From Pseudoalteromonas translucida KMM 520 (GTDB lineage Bacteria > Pseudomonadota > Gammaproteobacteria > Enterobacterales > Alteromonadaceae), in assembly GCF_001465295.1 (NCBI RefSeq), contig NZ_CP011034.1, positions 960,001-992,000 on the forward strand: a DNA stretch of 32,000 nt. Direction: 5' to 3'. Both the position numbers and the translations under genes were made by a program. This document shows positions 25,689 to 32,000 of the stretch, piece after piece. The first letter of the stretch is position 1. Every line of letters starts with the position of its first letter. The notes under the pieces are model-generated. The model saw only the letters and a list, made by a program, of their open reading frames with translations. It was not told the origin of the DNA and did not search any database.

Positions 25689-25934
25689 TTAATTTTGGGT
25701 AACAGTAAATTGCCCAAAAGTATAAACTTTAAACAAATAAAATGTATTGATTAACACCAAACTCATATTCGAAACAATACTCGACGACATAAGATCTAAG
25801 CTAAATGATAAAAATAGCAAACCACAGGCACTAACCGCGGCAATACGCAGTAATGTGAGTTGGTTAATAAAGAAAGCACCTAAACCTAGTGCAAGTAATA
25901 TCGTGTTTAAAAGCCAATCTAGCTCGTTTAGCAT
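25689..25934 (-). CDS. Small hydrophobic membrane protein (81 aa), unknown function
   Basis: Two to three predicted hydrophobic helices (LLNTILLALGLGAFFI, IAAVSACGLLFLSF, MSLVLINTFYLF). A correctly oriented terminator lies 25 nt after the stop. No clear SD sequence. Confidence 0.5.
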   Translation of the reverse strand: MLNELDWLLNTILLALGLGAFFINQLTLLRIAAVSACGLLFLSFSLDLMSSSIVSNMSLVLINTFYLFKVYTFGQFTVTQN

Positions 25935-26040
25935 GGTAGTTTCAATAGTTCATTTGTTGAAAAAAGGAGCGCCATTATGTTGATCTTTTGCACACCTTTC
26001 AACCAAGTAATTTTAAATTTTCAGATTAGTTTTTTTAATG

Positions 26041-26484
26041 CTAAAAGAAAGCTTTTATTGCCGCAATAACGCCATTATCGGCAATTACTTTATATTTTTG
26101 ACAGCTATTTGAGTTAACCGTATCAGTACATAAATAAAGTGCCTTACGCTTACTATCTAACTGTGGCTGTAAGTTTGAATCGAGGAGCCTTGCGCCATAA
26201 CCAAATACCCCTGGCCAATAAATGCTATTACTTACCATGCCTAATTTATGATAACTAAGCAGTGTTGGCTTAGGGATTATAATTATTATAAATAGTAATA
26301 GTCCAAGCGTGATCAGTAAACCGCTTTTAGACTTTTGTACTGCCTTGTTATTAGCTGCAGTATTAGCACTTTGTTTAATATTATTGGGCTTTGTAGCCGT
26401 ACTGCGGTTTTGCTTGTTTTTTGTTGTTTTTGTACTTCTAGATGATTTACCTAGTAATGATTGTTTTTTTGTATTTGTAGACAT
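26041..26484 (-). CDS. Membrane-anchored protein of unknown function: K/N/T-rich N-terminal tail, one TM helix, small C-terminal domain with two cysteines
   Basis: The ORF is open to a TTG at 26559. I prefer ATG 26484 (MSTNTKKQ...) because the longer form would leave only 29 nt for two divergent promoters. The TM segment is LLITLGLLLFIIIIIP and the C-terminal part contains CTDTVNSNSC. The start is uncertain. Confidence 0.55.
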   Translation of the reverse strand: MSTNTKKQSLLGKSSRSTKTTKNKQNRSTATKPNNIKQSANTAANNKAVQKSKSGLLITLGLLLFIIIIIPKPTLLSYHKLGMVSNSIYWPGVFGYGARLLDSNLQPQLDSKRKALYLCTDTVNSNSCQKYKVIADNGVIAAIKAFF

Positions 26485-26588
26485 AAAGCAAATCTGGCCT
26501 TTTTGGTGTAGTTCTCTATAATAAATAACTGTATTTAAAGCAAATGATAGCATTTGCAAACATTGCTTTTAGCCTATAAGGATCAAAT

Positions 26589-26972
26589 ATGAACACGCAG
26601 CTTGCAATTTTAATCGTTGATGATGTTAGTACTGTGCGCAGCTTTTTAAGCCAAACATTGATGCATTTAGGCATAGAAAACGTAAAAGAAGCATCAACTG
26701 CCGCACAATGTATTAATGAGTGTCGTGCTGCAAATTATAACATGATTTTTTTAGATATAGAGTTACCTGATGGCGATGGTAAAGAGTTAATTGAGCAAAT
26801 TAATCAACTGAACCCAGAAACAATCGTGGTTATGGTGTCGGCGCACTCAGGGGTTGAAAATGTTAAAGATGCGATTGATAAAGGAGCCAAGGGTTTTGTG
26901 GTAAAGCCTTTTTCTCCTAAAAAAATAGCAGCTATGCTGAAAAAGTTTTATCCCGAGCTAGAAGGGGTTTAA
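26589..26972 (+). CDS. Single-domain CheY-like response-regulator receiver
   Basis: 127-aa ORF with a full receiver residue set: DD in ILIVDDVS, phospho-acceptor D in IFLDIELPDGDG, S in MVSAHS and K in VVKPF. It has no output domain. Confidence 0.85.
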   Translation: MNTQLAILIVDDVSTVRSFLSQTLMHLGIENVKEASTAAQCINECRAANYNMIFLDIELPDGDGKELIEQINQLNPETIVVMVSAHSGVENVKDAIDKGAKGFVVKPFSPKKIAAMLKKFYPELEGV

Positions 26973-27100
26973 TAACTTACGCGCCATTTTATTAAAAGCG
27001 CTTATTTAAGCGCAACTGCCCTAAACAAGAATATGTGATGATTGTGCTGTGTGAATTGGCTACATACCTGTTTAATGCTGTAAATATTAAATATAAAGCA

Positions 27101-27127
27101 AAAAAAAACCGGCCAAGGCCGGTTTTT
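27101..27127. terminator. Bidirectional Rho-independent terminator (rpsT on the minus strand; receiver gene on the plus strand)
   Basis: The GC stem CCGGCC/GGCCGG (27109-27122) is flanked by an A8 run (27101-27108) and a T5 run (27123-27127). Confidence 0.8.
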
Positions 27128-27146
27128 ATATTCTTGCAAAAACAAA

Positions 27147-27407
27147 TTATAGTGCTTTAATTTTAGCAGCTATGCGGCTCTTATGACGAGCAGCTTTGTT
27201 TTTGTGAATTAGACCCTTAGTTGCGTAACGGTCTAGGATAGGTGTAGCAACAGAAAAAGCTTGCTGTGCAGCTTCTTTATCACCAGCTTCAATAGCTACG
27301 ATTACTTTTTTGAAGTAAGTACGCATCATTGAACGACGACTTGCGTTGTGCTGACGGTTTTTTTCGCTTGTAATAGCGCGTTTTTTTGCAGACTTGATGT
27401 TAGCCAA
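27147..27407 (-). CDS. rpsT: 30S ribosomal protein S20
   Basis: The 86-aa protein begins [35 protein letters not shown], characteristic of S20. It starts with TTG, as in E. coli rpsT, with a GGAG RBS 6 nt upstream. Confidence 0.97.
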
Positions 27408-27454
27408 GGTTTGCTCCTAACAATCTTAAATAAAGCTTAAATTAAAGGCCGTGG

Positions 27455-27483
27455 AATATGCCTGTTTTTATCATGAATGTCAA
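27455..27483 (-). promoter_or_regulatory. Candidate sigma-70 promoter for rpsT
   Basis: On the minus strand, TTGACA (plus 27478-27483) is followed by a 17-nt spacer and CATATT (plus 27455-27460), about 50 nt upstream of the rpsT start. Confidence 0.35.
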
Positions 27484-27660
27484 TTTAATTTTGACAATCC
27501 AAGAAAAACTGCTCCTTATAACGAACATCAATTTGCCGCTCTAGCAGTTAATATCGACATTGTAACAAAGCATGAGGATTCAGCCTAGTGCTTTAAAGCG
27601 ATTTATAAAAAAGACTATGGCATAATTACTTATCTTAATGATTTTTAGTGTGGGTTTGCG

Positions 27661-29241
27661 GTGTCAAAAGGTTTATTTCGCTCCGGTATGATTGTTAGTT
27701 GTATGACAATGATATCGCGTATTTTAGGGTTAGTTCGCGATGCGGTTGTTGCAAACCTCTTGGGAGCCGGTGCTGCGGCCGATGTTTTTTTGTTTGCTAA
27801 TCGAATTCCTAACTTTTTACGTCGTTTATTTGCAGAAGGTGCGTTTGCTCAAGCATTTGTACCTGTATTAAGCGAAATAAAAGAGCAGCAAGGCGACGAC
27901 AAGGTTAAACTTTTTGTTGCGCAAGCAGCAGGAACCTTAGGCACTATTTTATTAATAGTGACTATTGTAGGTGTGGTTGCGTCTCCGGTTATTGCTGCAC
28001 TATTTGGTACAGGTTGGTTTATAGATTGGTGGCAAGGTGGCCCTGATGGCGAAAAGTTTGAGCTTGCCAGTGCATTGTTAAAGCTGACTTTTCCGTATTT
28101 ATTTTTTGTCAGCCTTGTGGCGCTAAGTGGGGCGGTTATGAATGTATACAACCGCTTTGCTGTGGCTGCGTTTACCCCAGTGTTATTAAATGTATCTATT
28201 ATTGCGTGTGCTATTTTTTTACATGACCAATTTTCGGTAGGTGCTTATGCATTAGCCATAGGTGTATTTATTGGTGGTGTGGTGCAATTACTGTTTCAGT
28301 TACCTTTTTTATATCGGGCAAAAATGTTGGCGCGCCCGCGCTGGGCTTGGCAAGACGAAAATGTAAAAAAAGTACGTAAATTAATGCTGCCTGCTTTGTT
28401 TGGGGTCTCTATTAGCCAAATAAACTTATTGCTCGATACCGTTATTGCTTCATTACTCATGACCGGCTCAATTGCTTGGTTGTATTACTCAGACCGCTTA
28501 ATAGAATTTCCGCTGGGATTATTTGGTATTGGTATAGCAACGGTTATTTTACCGGCACTGTCAAAATTACATAGCAGTAAAAAAAGCAGTGATTTTCAGC
28601 ATACCTTAGATTGGGGGGTACGCTTTGTAATATTTTTAGGGCTGCCTGCTATGATAGGGTTAATGATTATTAGCCCGCTTATTATTACCGTGTTGTTTGA
28701 TCATGGTGCGTTTAAAGAAGCAGGGATTGATCATGTTAAAGCGGTGAGCTTAGGGGTAATGGCTTATTCGGTTGGTTTAGTCAGCTTTATGCTAATAAAG
28801 GTATTAGCCCCTGGATTTTACGCCCGTCAAGATACTAAAACCCCAGTGCGCATTGGTATTATTACCTTGGTACTTAATATGGTATTTAATATAATGCTTG
28901 CGCCTTTTATTGGCTATTTAGGATTGGCCTTAGCCACTTCAATGTCGGCAAGTTGTAATGCATTTTTGCTTTACAGGCAGCTTAAAAAAGAAAATGTGTA
29001 CCAGTTTTCGTCAATGAGCTTATATTTTACCCTTAAATGCTTTGTTGCAAGTATTGTTATGGGGTTACTGGTTTGGTTTACCAGCGAGCAGTATAGTTGG
29101 ACGACTTGGCACTTTAGCGAACAGGTTATTTTACTCCTAGTGTTGCTAGCAATTGCAGGGTTAAGTTACTTTACGCTGTTATTTTTGATGGGTGTGCGAC
29201 TAAATACGATAAAAAGTGTAGCAATTACTGAATCGAACTAA
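27661..29241 (+). CDS. murJ: Lipid II flippase MurJ (MviN)
   Basis: 526-aa polytopic membrane protein. Its N-terminus SCMTMISRILGLVRDAVVANLLGAGAAADVFLFANRIPNFLRRLFAEGAFAQAFVPVLSE aligns with E. coli MurJ as I recall it. GTG start. The rpsT/murJ/ribF/ileS synteny is conserved. Confidence 0.93.
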   Translation: MSKGLFRSGMIVSCMTMISRILGLVRDAVVANLLGAGAAADVFLFANRIPNFLRRLFAEGAFAQAFVPVLSEIKEQQGDDKVKLFVAQAAGTLGTILLIVTIVGVVASPVIAALFGTGWFIDWWQGGPDGEKFELASALLKLTFPYLFFVSLVALSGAVMNVYNRFAVAAFTPVLLNVSIIACAIFLHDQFSVGAYALAIGVFIGGVVQLLFQLPFLYRAKMLARPRWAWQDENVKKVRKLMLPALFGVSISQINLLLDTVIASLLMTGSIAWLYYSDRLIEFPLGLFGIGIATVILPALSKLHSSKKSSDFQHTLDWGVRFVIFLGLPAMIGLMIISPLIITVLFDHGAFKEAGIDHVKAVSLGVMAYSVGLVSFMLIKVLAPGFYARQDTKTPVRIGIITLVLNMVFNIMLAPFIGYLGLALATSMSASCNAFLLYRQLKKENVYQFSSMSLYFTLKCFVASIVMGLLVWFTSEQYSWTTWHFSEQVILLLVLLAIAGLSYFTLLFLMGVRLNTIKSVAITESN

Positions 29242-29326
29242 AAAAAAGATTATAATCGGCAACTCTGCAACTTCATTCAATTTTGAGTTGTGAATTAATA
29301 ACTCGCTTAAAAAGGCATTGGGTGGC

Positions 29327-30253
29327 ATGGAGTTAATTAGAGGTATACACAATATTCGCTCACAACATTTTGGTTGTGTGCTTACTATTGGTAATTTTGA
29401 TGGTGTTCACTTAGGTCATGCTGAAGTATTAAAAGGCTTACTTATTGATGCTAAAGCAAATAATTTACCTAGTACGGTAATGTTGTTTGAGCCCCAACCA
29501 CAAGAGTTTTTTGCTAAAAGTAATGCGCCAGCGCGTTTAACTCGCTTACGAGATAAACTGCTATTGCTCAGCGAGTTAGGTATTGAACGAGTTATTTGTA
29601 TTAGCTTTAATCAGCAATTTGCAAATATGCATGCAGAGCAATTTGTTAGTGATATTTTAATTAAAAAGCTAGGCGTTAAGGCATTAACGGTTGGTGATGA
29701 TTTTAGGTTTGGCAAGCAGCGACAAGGTAATTTTGACTTACTTGTAAGTATGGGCAAACAAGCGAGCATGGATGTTAAAAGCACCGCGAGTTTTCGCCAA
29801 TTAAATGCTAGAGTAAGCAGTACTTTAATTCGTGAAGCGCTTGCCGCTGGTGACTTAAGCACTGCAAAGGTAATGCTTGGCCACAACTATGCCATTTCGG
29901 GACGTGTTATACATGGTTGGAAACGCGGCCGAGAGCTGGGTTTTAGAACCGCAAATATAGCGCTTAAACGTCAAGTTTGCCCGGTAAATGGGGTGTTTGC
30001 TGTGCAAGCAACTATAGCTGGAAAACAAGTTTATGGGGTTGCCAATATAGGCAATAAGCCCACCTTTAATGGAACTCGTGCCTTATTAGAAGTTCATCTT
30101 TTTGATTTTGCACAAGACATTTATGGACAATTTATGCATGTGGAGTTGATTAAAAAACTCCGCGATGAGAAAAAATTCGAGACATTAACACAATTAACGG
30201 TGCAAATAGCAACTGACGTTGCCGCCGCTAAGCAGTGTTTTGGTTTAAATTAG
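29327..30253 (+). CDS. ribF: Bifunctional riboflavin kinase / FMN adenylyltransferase
   Basis: MELIRGIHNIRSQHFGCVLTIGNFDGVHLGH matches the RibF N-terminus, so ATG 29327 is preferred over the track's TTG at 29318. The C-terminal riboflavin kinase motifs are GRELGFRTANI and LEVHLFDF. Confidence 0.93.
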   Translation: MELIRGIHNIRSQHFGCVLTIGNFDGVHLGHAEVLKGLLIDAKANNLPSTVMLFEPQPQEFFAKSNAPARLTRLRDKLLLLSELGIERVICISFNQQFANMHAEQFVSDILIKKLGVKALTVGDDFRFGKQRQGNFDLLVSMGKQASMDVKSTASFRQLNARVSSTLIREALAAGDLSTAKVMLGHNYAISGRVIHGWKRGRELGFRTANIALKRQVCPVNGVFAVQATIAGKQVYGVANIGNKPTFNGTRALLEVHLFDFAQDIYGQFMHVELIKKLRDEKKFETLTQLTVQIATDVAAAKQCFGLN

Positions 30254-30282
30254 GTAGCCGATAGATACGGAATGTAGGATTA

Positions 30283-32000
30283 ATGAGCGACTATAAACAT
30301 ACTTTGAACTTACCGGAAACACCGTTTCCAATGCGTGGCAATTTGGCACAACGTGAACCAAAAATGCTTAAAGCATGGTATGAAGACGACCTATATGGTC
30401 AAATTCGCAGTGCTAAAAAAGGTAAAAAAACCTTTATTTTGCATGATGGACCTCCGTATGCAAACGGCGATATCCATTTAGGCCATTCAGTAAATAAAAT
30501 ATTAAAAGATATTATTGTTAAGTCTAAAACCTTATCTGACTTTGACTCGCCATTAGTACCTGGTTGGGATTGTCATGGTTTACCAATAGAGTTAATGGTT
30601 GAGAAAAAAGTTGGCAAGCCAGGCGTTAAAGTAACTGCGAGCGAGTTTCGCGAAAAGTGCCGTGCATACGCTAAAAAGCAAGTTGAAGGTCAAAAGGTCG
30701 ACTTTAAACGTTTAGGTGTGTTTGCCGATTGGGACAAGCCTTACTTAACCATGAACTTTGATTTTGAAGCGAATGCTATTCGTGTACTTGGTCGTATTAT
30801 TGAAAAAGGCCATTTACATAAAGGTGCTAAGCCTGTGCATTGGTGTACTGATTGTGGTTCAGCTTTAGCCGAAGCCGAAGTTGAATACCAAGATAAGCAA
30901 TCACCAGCCATTGACGTACGCTTTATTTTTAACGACCAAGACGCAGTAGTAAGTGCGTTTGATTTAGCCGATGGTCATAAAGGTACAGGTAAAGTTGGTA
31001 CTGTTATTTGGACTACCACGCCGTGGACACTACCGGCTAACCGCGCAGTAGCAGTACATGCAGAATTAGAATATGCACTAGTACAAGTTGAAGACGAAGG
31101 TAAGCAGCAACGCTTAATTTTAGGCTCTGAACTTGTTAAAGATGCAATGGACCGTTTTGGTTTTAATAACTTTCATGTATTAGGTTACGTTAAAGGCGCG
31201 GCACTTGAAAATTTACAAGTAGCACATCCATTTTACGACTTTAATGTTCCGGTAATTGTAGCTGAGCATGTTACGACTGACTCAGGTACGGGTGTTGTAC
31301 ATACGGCTCCAGGACATGGTCAAGAAGATTTCGTGGCTGGACTTGAATACAAACTAGAAGTGGCTAACCCGGTTGGCGCAAATGGTGTGTACTTAGCAGG
31401 CACTGAGTTATTTGCCGGTCAGCATGTGTTTAAAGCCAATGCGAGCATTGTTGAAGTGCTTAAAGAGCATGGCGCATTAATGCATCACCATGCTATTACG
31501 CATAGTTACCCACATTGCTGGCGTCATAAAACGCCAATTATTTTCCGTGCTACACCGCAATGGTTTATTAGTATGGATCAGGCTAATTTGCGTCAAGACT
31601 CATTAAGCGAAATTAAAAACACGCAGTGGTTACCAGAGTGGGGCGAAAGCCGCATTGCAAACATGGTTGAGGGCCGTCCAGATTGGTGTATATCACGCCA
31701 ACGTACTTGGGGTGTACCAATTGCATTGTTCGCTGATAAAGACACGGGTGCTATTCACCCAAATACGCAAGAATTAATTGAACAAGCTGCACAACTGGTT
31801 GAAAAGTCAGGTATTCAAGCATGGTACGATTTAGATCCAGCGACACTGTTAGGTGAAGAAGATGCTAAGCAATACATGAAAGTGCAAGACACTCTCGATG
31901 TATGGTTTGACTCGGGCGTATCGCACGCGTGTGTTGTAGATGCACGTGAAGACTTAACTGGTCCTGCCGATTTATACCTTGAAGGTTCTGATCAGCATCG
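30283..32000 (+). CDS. ileS: Isoleucine--tRNA ligase, N-terminal part (about 572 codons); it continues beyond the window
   Basis: This ORF is not in the supplied track because it is open-ended. ATG 30283 gives [32 protein letters not shown]...[38 protein letters not shown], containing the class I HIGH motif. It is near-identical in pattern to E. coli IleS and lies directly downstream of ribF, as in enterobacteria. Confidence 0.95.
   Translation, partial: MSDYKHTLNLPETPFPMRGNLAQREPKMLKAWYEDDLYGQIRSAKKGKKTFILHDGPPYANGDIHLGHSVNKILKDIIVKSKTLSDFDSPLVPGWDCHGLPIELMVEKKVGKPGVKVTASEFREKCRAYAKKQVEGQKVDFKRLGVFADWDKPYLTMNFDFEANAIRVLGRIIEKGHLHKGAKPVHWCTDCGSALAEAEVEYQDKQSPAIDVRFIFNDQDAVVSAFDLADGHKGTGKVGTVIWTTTPWTLPANRAVAVHAELEYALVQVEDEGKQQRLILGSELVKDAMDRFGFNNFHVLGYVKGAALENLQVAHPFYDFNVPVIVAEHVTTDSGTGVVHTAPGHGQEDFVAGLEYKLEVANPVGANGVYLAGTELFAGQHVFKANASIVEVLKEHGALMHHHAITHSYPHCWRHKTPIIFRATPQWFISMDQANLRQDSLSEIKNTQWLPEWGESRIANMVEGRPDWCISRQRTWGVPIALFADKDTGAIHPNTQELIEQAAQLVEKSGIQAWYDLDPATLLGEEDAKQYMKVQDTLDVWFDSGVSHACVVDAREDLTGPADLYLEGSDQH

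Noticed and set aside
25747-25983. 78-aa plus-strand ORF overlapping the 81-aa minus-strand membrane-protein ORF.
   Set aside because: It has a TTG start with no RBS. The minus-strand ORF has coherent hydrophobic helices and a correctly oriented terminator just after its stop. Only one of the two can reasonably be real.
25977-26069. 30-codon plus-strand sORF (MLIFCTPFNQVILNF...) preceded by a good GGAG RBS 7 nt upstream.
   Set aside because: It is too short and too low in information to support. It overlaps the 3' end of the minus-strand gene at 26041, and no conservation data are available. It is worth a look only if ribosome profiling exists.
26998-27013. A 6-bp hairpin (GCGCTT ATTT AAGCGC) downstream of the receiver gene.
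   Set aside because: The stem is short and no T tract follows it. The strong bidirectional terminator at 27101..27127 is the more likely transcript end.
1-32000. A check for CRISPR arrays, tRNA/rRNA genes, IS elements, integrases, toxin-antitoxin pairs or defence-system genes.
   Set aside because: All non-coding stretches are under 260 nt and contain only terminators and promoter-like sequence. No ORF shows transposase, recombinase, nuclease or ATPase defence-type motifs. No regularly spaced direct repeats were seen.

Overview
The window has three parts. (1) nt 1-25477 is a dense cluster of about 24 genes. By motif and family recognition it is a bacterial steroid or bile-salt catabolic cluster of the aerobic 9,10-seco type. 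It encodes:
- an extradiol ring-cleavage dioxygenase (HsaC/TesB-like) and a meta-cleavage-product hydrolase (HsaD/TesD-like);
- IpdAB-like CoA-transferase-fold subunits, an EchA20-like crotonase and an IpdC-like nitronate-monooxygenase-family reductase;
- five acyl-CoA dehydrogenases, including two alpha/beta-type pairs;
- two Ltp-type thiolase-fold proteins, a DUF35-MaoC fusion, a true thiolase and an acyl-CoA ligase;
- four SDRs (one clearly 3alpha/20beta-hydroxysteroid-dehydrogenase-like), a FadH/BaiCD-type Fe-S flavoreductase, an NTF2/SnoaL-like protein and a Tat-exported amidase.
The genes form at least five transcription units separated by clear Rho-independent terminators. (2) nt 25478-27146 is a small AT-rich junction with two small membrane proteins and an orphan CheY-like receiver. 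(3) nt 27147-32000 is the conserved gammaproteobacterial core block rpsT (minus strand) and murJ-ribF-ileS (ileS runs off the 3' end).

Synteny, AT-rich codon usage in the core genes and the protein sequences suggest a marine Alteromonadales-like host such as Pseudoalteromonas; this is inference only. I saw no rRNA, tRNA, CRISPR array, transposase or integrase.

Points most worth follow-up:
- a 16-nt motif (GTCTnAwTGGACGATG) present three times, only in the promoter regions of the catabolic operons and each time pointing at the downstream operon;
- a DUF35-MaoC fusion whose domain order is reversed relative to actinobacterial ChsH2, next to a thiolase-fold partner;
- a Tat-exported amidase translationally coupled to the ring-C/D operon, a candidate periplasmic bile-salt deconjugase;
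- a Bai-like gene set (SDR, NTF2-like, CoA ligase, Fe-S flavoreductase);
- a G9 homopolymer inside the NTF2-like gene.

All functional calls rest on reading the translated ORFs. No database search was possible.
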